Origin: Phoronis australis
Lineage: Eukaryota; Animalia; Phoronida
DNA length: 50,092 nucleotides
NCBI GenBank assembly: GCA_002633005.1
Contig: NMRA01000498.1
Span: forward strand, 1 to 50,092
Reading direction: 5' to 3'
Positions 10,662 to 24,094 of the stretch are shown here, piece by piece. Each line of letters begins with the position of its first letter. The stretch's first letter is position 1. A program made the translations under genes and the position numbers. The notes under the pieces are model-generated. The model was not told the origin of the DNA. It saw only the letters and a list, made by a program, of their open reading frames with translations, and made no database searches.

Positions 10662-12675
10662 AAATCTTCATTCAACACTGCTGGTATTTATGTTTAAACT
10701 TCAACCATTGCTCCAATATGATCGCATAGTAATTGCTTACATTTCACCAAGAGCTGTCAATGCTTGCATCATCACCACTTACCTGCACATACCCCTTAGA
10801 CCACTTCTGGTGCTGTTCCCTCTTGACCCTCTGTTTAATGATAGTGTTGACTGGCTGCCTTCTGAACAAGTAGCTCGCCTCCGTAATCCACCTGTAAGTG
10901 AGAGTTATGCCTAAGCTACAGAAACCTGAATTGGCAACACTCATACATTTCAAATCTTATGGCCAATTCAACCATATCAACCACACTAATGGAACATCAT
11001 TTTTCAGCAAGTACATGTAAATTCACACAGAATTTGTACACTACTTTATGTTCTAGACAGACATAAAGTTATTTCAACTATTTCTTACTCACTTTCAAAC
11101 AAAAGAGATGCTGGGTTTTGTTTTAAAACGACCCAAGATTTTAGGCTCTCTTAGATGGGATTTGAATGTACACTGTAAAGGTTACGTACTTATATTTGCC
11201 AAAATTGTAACATGTTTTTCAAGAGCTCACTGCATTGCTGAAAATGGTCAAAATTTCATCACATATTTTTGATGACAGCTCCATAGTGTAAACTATTAAA
11301 AAATCAAGCACAGTTTTCTCCCTGCTTGTTTTTGTTGAAAAAATTGCTTACATAAATTTTACTGCTCTGCAACATTGCAAGTGCACTAATCTATGCCACC
11401 TGAGACACAACAGTCCTTGGAGCACATATGGAAGATATATTATGTAACCATCCTCTTAGGGTAGTTGTGCCTTCCATTGGCCATATGCGTTCTAAGAACT
11501 GTTATGCTACAGCACAATTACGATCACTGAAGACAGTAATTATTACACTTAAAAGCGAAATTATCTAGCAGCAATGAGATAGCATAATATTCCTCAGTGG
11601 GCATAGTAGTTGACAGTTAACGTAATCCCACAAATGTCCGTGACAGGGCATACCTGTCCTTCGAAGTCTGAAGAACCGATAGATGGCATAACCACACAAT
11701 TAAGTCAGTTCTCTTGGCATTATGCGCTATGAGGACAACTACCTCATCTATTGTCAATTTACACAGTGAGAGTGCATAATGACTCACAAATAGCAAAGAA
11801 CCTAAAGGTGTGACAATTTAAAAGGGACTTGTACCTTACAAAAAATTAACCGTTCTGAGAGAACATAGCAGTGGAAACGGGTTCATTAGAAATTATAGCG
11901 CTAAATGGCGATAACAAATTTGTAGCGAAGATACAGCAAATAGCCCCCAGTGAGAGTAAGAGCCCACAGATGGCATAAACACACTTACCTGTGTGATAGG
12001 GCATAACAGTTCTTACAATGCGCATGGTAGATAGAAGGCATAAGAGTCTTCTTAGGGCAGTTACGTCATCCATCGACCATGTACACCTTCTAAGACTGTA
12101 ATGCCAGTGCGATTAGGCTATTTTGTGGTGGATTAGGATTTTGTTTTGCCATTAGGTAATGGGTTGGTTATGTAATTATGTGCTGTAATGACAGTAGCAC
12201 CCTTCTTGGTCACTATCTTCTTAGAACAGCTAAAAATGTGGGCCATCATGCTTTCCTCATAATGTTATACATCTGCCTTCTGTGGGCCATTAAACACTCG
12301 ACAGGACTTTTACACCCATCATAGTCATTACGTCCTGTTTGTACGTAATGCCACATACTGGCCTTACACGCTCTGATGACCCTTACGTCACCGCACAGCC
12401 AATAGTCCTCTCAGTGCTATCACGTAAGCCATCTGTGGGTCATGGCCCACAGAGGATGTAACTAAGAGGAAACAATACATAAAGACTTGAAAATTATAGC
12501 ATGACCAAAGCAGAGCATTGAAATGTTCCCACGACAGCAACGCAAACAGTGTGCTTCTAGGAGTGTTCATTACTTCCAAAAATAGACAATAGGTAGCACA
12601 GAATACGCCAAATAAATCTCCAAAAGAACAGATGCTACCGCCATCACAACAGAAACTTGTTTGCCACATTTCAAT

Positions 12676-13670
12676 AACAAGAGCAAGGCGGAGAGCTGAA
12701 ATGCACCCACGGTGTGCTTTTGGGGATGTTTGTTTGTATCATAAATTTAATAAATATTGTGCAGAGGCTTGGGAGATGTAGCCATAGACGTAAAAAATGT
12801 CTCTACGAGGCTCCACAGTAGTCAGAGTCTTCCAAAAATCCTCATCAGATGTCCTTTTATACAATAAATATCAACATGAATTTTCAAAATCATTATTAGT
12901 GTTGAGTTAATTAGAGGGGTGGACGCCAAAATAATTAGAAAACAGCAAAAATGACCACTTGATCAGGAGCTAAATACGTCGAATCCATACGACAACAGGA
13001 ACATGTCATTTCTTTAATAATAAGCTATTTATCAAATTTCATAAAAATCCATAACAGAACTTCAGAGAAACACAAAAAAACCTAAAAAATGAAATTGTCA
13101 CTAGGGACAAAGCGTTCGTCGGATCCGTCTCTACATATGAGTATGCTTGCTAAATTCAACAAAGATCATGCAGAGGGTCTAGGAGATACAGCCATGATTA
13201 TAAAAAATGCCACTGGAAGGCGCCACAGTATTCCAAGTCTTCGTACAATCATCATCAGTCGTAGTCTTAACAGCAGGAACATATATGCCAATTTTTCCAA
13301 CCAGCCTTAAGTGCTTTTGTTGACAGAGGAGCAGATGCCAAAAAAACAAGAGTTGAAAACAGTAAAAATAGCCACAATGTGGTGCAAAATATCTCGAATC
13401 CATTTGAAAACAAGATAGCGTCACCTCACAAATAGATGCCTATGTGCTGAATTTTATGAAAATCCATTAAGACCTTTGAAGATATAAAGGTAAACATAAA
13501 AACTAAAATTGTCACAACAGGGCGTACTAATAGTCCGATCTGTTTAAAAGTAGTATTTGTCCGTTTTCAACTTGATATAAATACACTCGCAAAATTTAAT
13601 AGAGATCCCGCAGAGCAAAGGAGATAGATCCATTTGCGCAAAAACAAACAACATTGCCCCTACGAGGCAT
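12676..13670 (-). repeat. Repeat A segment
   Basis: Starts AACAAGAGCAAGGCGGAGAGCTGAAATGCACCCAC followed by the same modules as 1-8920. Confidence 0.8.
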
Positions 13671-15501
13671 CACATAAGTTAGAGCAATATCTCGAACCAC
13701 TTTGAACTTTCAAAATATAATCCACCATCTGCATCGGTGCATTGGAAAAATGTCATCTATAACATTGGAATTTAAGGTCATTTCATCATGGAGAGACGAT
13801 ATTCGTAAGTGGCCAAATGTTTAATATGTATGGTAACATTTACAACTATTTGATAGAATCAAAAGCAGTTGATCGACAGTCGATGTAAAATTTCAAAAGC
13901 ATGAACACATTCAATTACTTCCAGAGGCTGCATTGATAAGATGCTGCTACCCTTAAAGTCAATGGCCAGAAAAGATATCGCGTGCAACTGCAAAAATAAC
14001 AATGTTTTGTACTGGACCTAAGAAAGCAAAACTAGTTTCGTACAGAACTGACAATGACTATAATGTATATGTACCATACAGTGAATAAGTTATGTTGAGC
14101 ATACTGTTAAATGGTTGCACACATTTTACTTTCATATTAATTTCTTGAATGCCTGGTAGATGAAGTTGAACCTAAGAGGATTGACTTTGGTAAAGCGTTT
14201 ACCAATTCCATTGCTTGAAGTACTTTTTGGTTATTTTTCCAAGCTTATAATATTTGAACCATGCTTTGCTTCATGTACTCCTTAGGTATGAATTGCAATT
14301 TCTCAAAGTGAAAAATCAATTAACTTTCCCCATAGAAAACAGTGCACTTGGAATGGGCAATATACCAAGACACTATTATTCGATGACTTCCAAATGTTGA
14401 TCTATTATCAGATCAGCACCTAGGATCACAAGCCCAGCAAAGGCAATCAAGTAGTTATCCACTGATTTTGTCCTTGATACTGGAATAATGGCACACAAAG
14501 TTTTTAAAACTTTAAGCCTCCTTTTTGCCAAATAAACAACACAAGCAGGCGCACCAGCTGTGATGACTAGTTTATCTGTACTGACACTAGTTTATCAGAC
14601 ATGTATGTAATGGCATGACCTCAATATGGCGCTGTCCAGGAATTCGTCCATATCCGTAATGGAATCTGTCTATAGCTGATGGCCTTGGATCAGCAATAAC
14701 ATGAGAAATGCACCTAGACCAGTGTTTGACGATAACATCCACCAGAAGCCAATTTAGCATTGAAGCATGACCTGTGAAACCAATGTGACATTTGGGTGAA
14801 GCATCCCAAAGTTTGTGATAACCTGAGAATGCAGAGTAGAGAAAAAATGTGTAGTACGCCAGATACCCGTTTTCCATAAACTGATTAAACCGTTGAGTTT
14901 GTTCTTTCAAATTCTCACTAGCTTTGCTGGGCTTTTCGAAAATCAAAGAATGATGTTAGGTTGCTTTTACTCAAGTTTTATTCAGTTTTTGTCACAATTC
15001 AACTATTTCTAATGTATCTTTGTGTTAAGGACTTATCTAATTCACTTAATACCTGCACAAGTCAAATAGATGAACTTTACATTACTCTCAATCAGTACAT
15101 TACGACACGTCTAAACACAACACAACTATACCTTTGAACAAATACTCCGAAAAATCATTCTGTTTGAGAAATAGTTCCGCATGCGGAACGGTTCCATAAC
15201 CGTGACATTGATGAATTAATTATTTTATGTTCAGTGTTGAAATTCTCATACTTTTATTTTTGATGCTTGCTACACGTTTAGATTTTGATTATTTCGTGGC
15301 TTGTATTAATGTTTTACCAAATACAGTCAAGTACCATAGACGCGAGATGTCACGTCAAGTTTTTTTGAGTATCTAAGGAACTGTTCTGCATCACAAACTA
15401 TTGAGCAACTCTTCCATTGATTAATTACTGTTCACGATGACACTAATGGGCCCACTGGTTGTCAGAGAGGTCCGAAAGTTCGCTCATGCTGTCCTATCTA
15501 A

Positions 15502-16008
15502 AGGGCCTATCATACTAACGTCTACGCGTCAATGGTTTGGGAGTTGTGGTCACTATGAACGCTTAACTCCGGTCCTGGATCGCAGTAAAAACAGCTCCAG
15601 TAAACATCCCAGTTAACAGGAGGATTTAAGACCACAGCGTTGATGCTGCGGTGCAGTATGAACGCTTAACTCTGGTCCAATCAAAGTTATCGCCAGGTGC
15701 CACTGTTATCGTCAACAGTTACAGAGTACTGCCGTCACTAATAACTACTTAGTTTTTGCTCAAATGATAACCAATCAATTTAAAAATGCCTTTAATGTCA
15801 TTTAACACATTTAAATGTTCCCAAATTGTCATACTGAAAAAATCTTAGAGTGCAGCGCTACCTTGTGATAACTTTGATGACGTCAGCGTCACCAACCCTT
15901 TACTTCGATGATCATTAACTACCGAAGCCAGTATGAACGGTCCAGTTAACTGCGCTGTTTACGTCGACGCTCCGCTCAGACCGCATTTAAGTCAATATGA
16001 AAGGGTCT
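15502..16008. mobile_element. PIF/Harbinger-like MITE
   Basis: TAA TSD (15499-15501, 16009-16011); TIRs AGGGCCTATCATACT / AATATGAAAGGGTCT (11/15); internal repeats TATGAACGCTTAACTC; interrupts repeat A. Confidence 0.7.
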
Positions 16009-16774
16009 TAAGAAAGAAACACGTGCACAATTTCATGAACATATGTCAAATGTTTAAGAGATAAAGCAGCCGATGCCAAACACTGGACGTCAGACACCGA
16101 AGAGATGAAAGACGCCGAATGGACGCACGGACGGATGGACAGACAGACAGAGATGAAGGCAAAATGCACCCACATACAAATATGAGGGCGCATAAAAAAT
16201 GAAATTGTCACTAGGGACCAAAGCATTCGCCGGATCCATCTGGAAGTCGTCGCCGTCTGTTGTCAACTTAATATAAATACACTTGTTAAATTTAAAAAAG
16301 ATCTTGCAGTGGGCTTATGAGATGCAGCCAAAGGAGCAAAAATCAAAACTGCCACTTGGAAGCACCACGGCAGTCGAAGTTGTCAGAAAATCATCAACCG
16401 TCCTCCTCACACTAAGAACATATGAGTCAATTTTCACAATCATCCTTAGAATGGTTTGGTTGATAGCGTGGCGGATACCAAAAACTCAAAAACAGGAAAA
16501 ATGGCCAATAAATGGCGCAAAATATCTTGAATCCATCCCTAAACAGTTGAATAGCATCAACTCACCAATCGATGCCTATATTCCAAATTTCATGAAAATA
16601 CATTGAAGACTTTTGAAGATACTGAAGTAAATGTAAAAAAAACAAAATTGCCACTAGGGGGCACACCGGTAGTCAGAGAGGTCCGAAAGTTCGCTCATGC
16701 TGTCCCATCTTCGAAAGGATCACACGCAAAATTTCATGAACTTTTGTCAAATGTTTTGGAGATAGAGTAGCTGA
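16009..16774 (-). repeat. Repeat A segment with GGAC/GACA microsatellite and terminal palindrome
   Basis: ATGCACCCACATACAAATATGAGGGCGCAT at ~16164-16193 plus standard modules. Confidence 0.8.
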
Positions 16775-16940
16775 CAGGCATTCAATCGGTTTTAGGTAAA
16801 AAAGAGGAAAAAAGTAGGATACATTTTTAAAAAAGTAGGAAAAAGTAGGAACTGTGAAGTGAAAAGTAGGAACAAGAACAGGCGTTCAGGAGTAGTTTTC
16901 ATCGATATGTTCACCTCAGGTCACAGGCAGTACTCACCAT

Positions 16941-19900
16941 TAGTTAGTGGGAGAGTCAGCAGGACTTTATTCACACTTTTGAGTGCATAAGGTTTAACTA
17001 TGTTATTCTGTTGCACATCACCTAACATTGAAGGAAACCAGCTTTGGTCCCTGGGGGTCCAAAAGAGGACCCAAAAATCCATTTAATTAAAATCCTGATT
17101 GCAACATCTGTTTCAAGTTTATTTCATTCAAATCACCTCTCAAATTCAAATGATGCAACTTGAAACGCTTAAATGCCTAGGGTTATTAACGAAAGGGCAT
17201 ACTAATTAACAACCAATTAATGATTAATTTAAAATTTTTGGTGCCACAACAATTCTTTTTCCAAGAGATAGCTTAGACACCATATCCACAACTTGAGACG
17301 TGGTTTTTATTAGGGTTTGCAGATAAGATGAGGGTGTTTGGACCCCAAGGGATAAGAAGACCCTAAAAATGAACTAATAAAAGAGGAAATACAAAATTTC
17401 TTATTACTACCGGGGTATTCCTTAGATAACCCCAGGCCGTGTATTCGGAAAGTGAAAATTTTCCGGCATTTTAGTAACACCAATAAACGCCCGGGCGTTA
17501 ATTCGGAACTGTGTAAACGGATAGACATAATTTTGGCTATGTAAATACCAGCATGATGCGCGATATGTATTTTTGTAAGTCAAAACAGTCCTTCTGGGTG
17601 GATTGGTAGTCCTTAAAAGAACTGTTGATACCTGTTAACAACGTTAATTGTGTAATATCTGCCCAGCAGGACAAGAAAATTAATGAACATGAAACTTCTA
17701 AACCTCCTTGTGGCAAAGTTGATAGCACCCAAGGACCCTTAGTAGAAAATCTATGAACTTCGACTTGAATACTCCTACCGCGTATTGTGAAAAAATAACA
17801 AGTTCGAGCGTGTGAAATTTCAAGGTCTAACGGAGCTCAACACACATTGCGACCAAGCTTATTTTGATGACAGTGTTCATGCATCTAGCTGGCCGGTTAC
17901 ATCATAACCCGCAACATCAGACAGAGACATTGATAATTTACATTTTGTATATGTTATTAGGTGCGTCTGTCCCATTTTTTGTTTGGTGCTGAAGTCCCAT
18001 TTGATCCCATAGATCCTGTTTAGTGGTGAGTTGGTCAGACTTGGAGGACCGGCACTCATGTTTTGGGTCCGACGGTCATGTTGTTTCTCACCCGAGAATC
18101 AGTACTGGCTTGAAAAAGGCGAGAAAGAATGCACCCCCCAAAAGAATATCACAGCCCTCCATCCTACAAGAAACTTCTGGAATTTGTATCTTCAGCCATG
18201 CGGAAAATCCCGCAAGACATCGTTATCAGAAAATTTGAAAGTTGATGGGCAAATGGCCTCTACCGTATTATTCAACCCCGGATTCACGAACACATGGGAT
18301 ACAACGCGGGTATCCAAGAGATGGACGGCAAGTTGCGGGATCCCTTCAGCAACTCGGAGGTGGAAAGAAATTCGGAGGAGCCGACACGGACTGAATTCAT
18401 GTAGATTAAGAGGTTTCTTGTCTGATCTTTTATTTAAAACTGTTTTTAAAAAATGTTACAGTAATAAATGCAGTTTGGCAAAACTTCATTCGTTTTTATA
18501 ATTGATAAATGCTCCACATCATATCCACACCTTAAGTCTGCATTTTACCTGCTGTTTGCAGATATGGTGTGGGTGTTTCGACTCGAAGGGATAAGACCCT
18601 AAAAATGAACTTGTAAGACCCCCAAAAATGAACTTGTATACAAGACAAAATACGACAATTTTGATTACTACTATCGATAAAATATATCATTTCAAATACA
18701 ACAAAAGTGAAACAAAAACGTATATACTAAGTTAAGATACATATCTAGGGTAACTAAATAAGCTGGCTTCAAATTAAAGTTGAGCTGCTTGAAGCATATC
18801 TAGTAGCAACATTTGTGATGTTTGACATAGTTTGATGTTTCATATAATAAAACCAAAATCCAAAAGGCAATAATAATTAACTCTGCTGTAATTTAACTGC
18901 AAATATCTAAGTCGTGATCGTCGTTACTCTCTTCATCAGATGATTCCATTTCTCATGGTAGAGGATCACGATCTTCGTCTACATTACCGTCCATATCATC
19001 ATTCATCTCTCTCACCATCGCCACCATTTTGACTTAAACCTATGGAATAAGTGCAGTGGGCATCTGTTCTTCACTGAATCAAATGATGCGAAATTTGTTT
19101 TCAACATTTTTACATTCATTGGCGGGTGTTTTGTGCACTTCTATCCACGTGCTAGTTCAGCTTCACACGTTGAAATAGTGCTGTCTCAATGGTTTTAAGC
19201 TTCAATTGGGTGTTTAGCGTTGACTTTTGTTTGTAGGTTTTGTCAACTATGTTGAACCGGTGCTTGTGGAGTGGGACAAGTTTCCCCGCTCCGTAAAGCA
19301 CAAACAAAATCTTGCAAGATTTTGAAGACATCTTCTGTTGAGACATTGCAGATCACTGAAGCAAAAAGTCTCTGGAGGTTATCCCTTTCTGCCACGACTG
19401 CATATGGTCTGTTCCTTCCTTTCCTTACAAATGCACAGGTATAGTTACATACAGTGAACGCACGTAGGACGAGGAGTGCAACACAGATAGCATGTCCTAC
19501 CACAGTAACAATCTTGGTAACGTTCAAATAATGCAAATCCACTTGTCTTATAGTCCCAACTTCCATCCACACCATGGATGTAACTCAATGGAGCAAAACT
19601 AGAATGTCGCTGTCAGAAGCTCTTATGACCATGTCGCCAGGGTGTGGACTTGTCAGCCTCAATCATATGAAGGATGATTCTGGTGTCGGCTTCTGAGTGA
19701 TTACAAGTTAGAGATGGAACGAACTGACTCTGTGCATACTCCTCCATCTTCGACGAAGTACCAAATGTACTCTCTCATCACTCTGAAATACATTTCTCTT
19801 CCATAGAAGTGGACTTTAGAAGTTGCTCTGTAGCTCTCGTTTGAATAACTCCCTCTCAAATAGCTCTCATTTGAATGACTCCCTCTCATGTTGTTTCATG

Positions 19901-20473
19901 AAGCTTGACTCTTCTGTTCAGATCCTTCTATAACAAGTTCTCTCTTACATCAGGGTCTTATTGTCCCCTTATCTACTAACCCCTGGAAAAATTGCATATT
20001 CAGATGTGGATATGGTGTCCAAGGTTGCTAAACTATCTTCTAAGTTTTTGTAGTGCTTAAAAGTTTAAATCGTTAATCGGTCAATAATACATGTCTTACT
20101 TAATAATCAGATTTTTATGTTTTAAGTTGTATTTTTGTTCATTTCAAATGTTTTATCCATAGCAGAAATCAGGTTCATTTTTGGGGTCCTGTTATGGGTC
20201 CAAACACCCTGTCTTATCTGCAAAACCCATGAAAAATCGTATTCTTAAGTTGTGGATATGGTGTTCAAATCCCTAAATAGTCATTAATTAGTAGGCATCT
20301 TAATCAGTAACCGTAGTCTTAAGTTGCATCATTTGAATTTGAGTGGTAAATGAAATAAACTTGAAACGGATGTTGCACTCAAAATTTTAATTAAATGGAT
20401 TACAATAGAATTATGCACTCAAACCTTTTTAGTACTCAAAAGGGTGAATAAAGCCCTGCTGGCTCTCCAACTA
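16941..20473 (-). mobile_element. Degenerate Academ (AcademX-type) DNA transposon
   Basis: TAG...CTA termini, CAT 3-bp TSD (16938-16940, 20474-20476), long imperfect TIRs (~16941-17375 vs ~20170-20473), internal XPG/PIN-like coding relic. Confidence 0.8.
19152..19889 (-). pseudogene. Academ transposase relic, XPG/PIN-like nuclease region
   Basis: Frameshifted pieces read HSEADTRIILH...VIRASDSDILVLL...WMEVG...ALLVLRAFTVCNYTCAFVRKGR...LQDFVCAL, matching the EADT/DTD/HA.TGCD..S.F..KGK pattern. Confidence 0.75.
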
Positions 20474-20664
20474 CATAGTCTTTTGGTAGCATTGTTTGAG
20501 CTGGAGGTCCTTTGTTTGCTGCTTCTAATAAGCTTAAAACAACTACTCACTTCTCCAAAAACATAACTTAGACGGAAAGTTCAGGGCAATCAGAAAAGTA
20601 GGAAAAAGTAGGATATATTAGGAATTTCGGAAAAAATAGGATAAAGTAGGAACGCTCGAAAGCC

Positions 20665-21268
20665 AAACAGAGGTAAGATGCCGAATGGACGGAAGGACGG
20701 AGATGAAGGCAAAATAAGTCCACAAACAAATATGAGGGCGTATAAAGAATGAAATTGCCACAGGGGTCCAAGCATTCACCGGATCCGTCTAAAAGCCGTC
20801 GTCATCCCTTGTCAACTTCATATAAATACACTTGCTAAATTTAATAATGGTGTTGCTGTGGGTTTATGAGATACAGCAAAAGGTGCAAGAAACAAAAACT
20901 GCCACTTGGAAGCACCACAGCAGTCGAAGTTGCCAGAAAATACTCAACCGTCCTAAAACTATGAACGTATGTGCCAATTTTCACAACCATCCTTAGAGAC
21001 TCGAAAACAGTAAGATGGCTGCTAGGTGGCGCAAAATACCTCGAATCCAAGTGAAAACAGAAGGATGGCATCATCTCACTTATAGATCCCTATCTGCCAA
21101 ATTTTATGAAAATTCGTTGAGGACCTTTGCAGAAACAGAGGAAAATGTAAAAAAAAATAAAAATTGCCAATGGGGGCACATCAGTAGTTGGATCCGTCCA
21201 AAAGTTCACTAATGTCAAAAGAGCCCGTGCAAAATTTCATGAACATACATCAAAAGGTTTTGGAGATA
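20665..21268 (-). repeat. Repeat A segment
   Basis: Closely parallels 16070-16774. Confidence 0.8.
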
Positions 21269-23619
21269 CTCTCGAGTTCTGAATAGGTGTAGAGACAGCA
21301 ATAAAAGTATAGACTGGAAAATTTCACGATTTTTAATAATAGTAGAGACTCTAATAATAGTATAGACCCAACATTTTTGCCACTAGAAAGGTAAAATAAT
21401 AGCATAGACTGTAAATTGTCAGAAAAAATTAATAACAGTATAGAATGGAATAATGATATAGACGGCAAATTTGTGTAAATTTAAACATAGTATAGACTGG
21501 AATAATATTGATTACAAATTTAGGTAAAATCTAATAATGATATAGAAGGGAATAATAATACAAAACAGCAAATTCTAGGGAATAATGGTATAGACAGGTA
21601 ATTTGTGAAAAATTAAAAATAGCATAGACTGGAATAATAACATTGATTACAAATTTGCGTAAAATCTAGTAAAGGTTGATGGAAATAATAGGAAGTGCAA
21701 AATCTAATAATGATATAGATGGGAATAATAGTGCAAAGAAGCAAATTCTGTCTGACTTACCACCACTTAAAGTAATTGTTTCAAATAAAAACTTTTAAAC
21801 TGAACATTAGCATAGTTAAATTATTGCAGTGGTGTATCCACCCATGCCATAACATAGTACAGTGAAGTGGAATAAAAGTGTCATTGCTAAAACAAAGACC
21901 ATTCGTTTATTCAATAACTTTAAATGGAAGTCTAAATAGACTTGTTTCAAACAGTATGCGGAATCATTTTACTCAAAAAAGAATGTGACAGTTATAGTAG
22001 AGATGCCAATGTCGACTAAGTCCAAAAAACTGTAACAAGGAGGTAAAGATTTCAGCAGCAACATCCACTCTTCCATGAAGCCGACAGTCTGAATAAAAAC
22101 AATAAAGTGTCTTAAGTTGGTAAAACAAGTCTAATTTTTATCATATATGTTCCTGACAGTCGAGCCTTTGTTTTCTACCCTTGTAATGTTAGTCAGAATA
22201 CGACGTCAAAAAGTCGGTACATCCAAAATTTTACACGGCCAAAAATTGAGATTTCTTGCAGACTTACCCAACATTTGAGTCCACGACCATAACTACGTCC
22301 ACCATCTTGAATATCTAATTAGGTATAATAAACAAACCGATTCACGTGCGTTTTTCCGTTTATTTGGACGGGAGAGCAAGTAGAAATCAATTTCAATAGA
22401 TATCGACTATCAATTGTCAAACGTTAGCAACTATGTCATTTTCAAGATTGTCACAAGTCCATTCTTCCTGTTCATAAAAACAATCTATTTTCAAGTTTGG
22501 AGCGAATTGTAAAAATGCTGATGTTCGATGTTGTCGGCATCTTCTTGGTACTTTGTTGATTGAAAGGTTTCACCGTTCATACATGTTCATTACACGGGTA
22601 TTTGCGCTTCGTTGACTGCAGCTAGATTATTTGTCGTACCAGCACCTGAATCAATTCAGTATCTGGAACATCTCTTGGTTTGTAAAATAATCCTCGAATT
22701 CTTTAGGCCTTTACGCAACAGACATGATTAAATATGTAAATACGCATGTCAATAATGACAGAAACGACAGAAACCGCAGATTACACTGGCTGTGCAAAAT
22801 CCTGGAATTACTCATCCTGGATACACAAACTTCGGGGACAGACACACTGAAGAGTTGTAACGGCTTGCCAGTTTTCCACAGGGTGCAATCATAAATATTG
22901 GATCAGCCAAAGAAACTCGTCGAAAGCGTTTTTATTAATATGTATGTTGAGCTGCCGGTAACACCAATTTGTGTCACGGGACGAGCGGAATATTGAAAAA
23001 TGCACTTTTTGTGCATTAAATTTCTCATTTCTGAAATCACTGATGGCCTATTTCTTTGAGCGACTGTCGACCACCCGTTAATATTGAGAAAGCGGTCATC
23101 ATTTCAAGCTTTTTTAAATTTTACCAACACTTTCTTAATTCTGACCAATCCCATCGGAACCCGTCCAAAATAACATCTTGGCCGTCCAACAGACAGCCGC
23201 TGCGTAAACCCTTGCTTGGGAGTCTGATTATTTTACGCTTTGCAACGTACAGTTGTATATTTTAACGAATAAAATCTTTTAATGTGTATGACATGTGACT
23301 TCCACGTGTAACGCGGAGTCGTATATAGCTCTTCTAAATTACAAACACTGAACAGAGTGTCTTGTGGTCTAGAGGTTTAGAGTGAAGTTAATTCGTTTTA
23401 TGACCAAGGTACAATACCCGGTGTCAGAAGCAAAGTTTTTGTGTAACAAATTTGTAATGAATGAAACAAAAATTGTGAACTTGCTGAATCAAATAATCGT
23501 GGAGAGCGGAAAAAGGTTAGAAAATTCATAAACGTAGAGACCCAAATAAGCGCCGTATAGACCAGAAAACGAGTCTGAAAAAAATAATCGTATAGATACG
23601 GCTATTCAGAACTAGAGAG
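21269..23619. mobile_element. TA-target (Tc1/mariner/pogo-like) non-autonomous element with subterminal TATAGAC minisatellite
   Basis: TIRs CTCTCGAGTTCTGAATAG / CTATTCAGAACTAGAGAG (17/18); TA TSD (21267-21268, 23620-23621); ATAGAC repeat array 21300-21750. Confidence 0.85.
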
Positions 23620-24094
23620 TAGAGCAGCAGACAGCATAGTATGGGCATCAAAATTAAACAAGAGCAATGCGCCCACAAAAACAGCGCAGACGGTGTGTTT
23701 CTAGGGTTGTTTCTTTGTATCACAAAAATGGCCACTAGACTGCACAAAAACAACGAATCTATCCGAAAACGGGGACATGCCATCGCTTCTTTCATAGAAA
23801 GCCATTTACCAAATTTCATAATAAAAATCTATGAAGGAATTTCAGAGAAACAAAGGAAAATGGAAAAAATTAAATTGCCAATAAGTGGCCCAGCGTTCGT
23901 CAGATTTGCCTGAAAGTCATCGTCTGTTACTAGCTTCATATAAATCATAAGGCTAAAACCTCGTGAGAGACCGTCCTGAGTTGGCAGCTCAAGAAACTCG
24001 GGGCGGTCTGGGATCAAGAGAAAAACCACAGGGTAGATCTGTGGTCGACAGATCTATTCGGTCGATTACATTTTATTGCCCGTGAAGGCTGCCT

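Larger units (their letters stand above)
8921..10960. repeat. Diverged ~290-bp tandem dimer (8921-9210 and ~10667-10958) split by a solo LTR
   Basis: Shared CAACCATTGCT...ATGATCGCATAGT...CCAAGAGCTGTCA...CCCTCTTGACC...AATCCACCTGTAA...ACATTT.AAATC. Confidence 0.85.
16775..20664. mobile_element. hAT-like non-autonomous element hosting the Academ insertion
   Basis: CAGGCATTCAATCG at left, ...CGCTCGAAAGCC at right; subterminal AAAAGTAGGA arrays at both ends (16808-16871, 20594-20651); right terminus and TSD are incomplete. Confidence 0.55.

Noticed and set aside
8921-10960. The 290-bp direct repeats as the LTR pair of a TRIM
   Set aside because: No TG/CA ends; the true TG...CA plus TSD boundaries lie inside them.
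17433-18393. Possible MITE (CAGGCCGTGT / ACACGGACTG) and ORF 18031-18501
   Set aside because: No TSD; the ORF has no recognisable domain.
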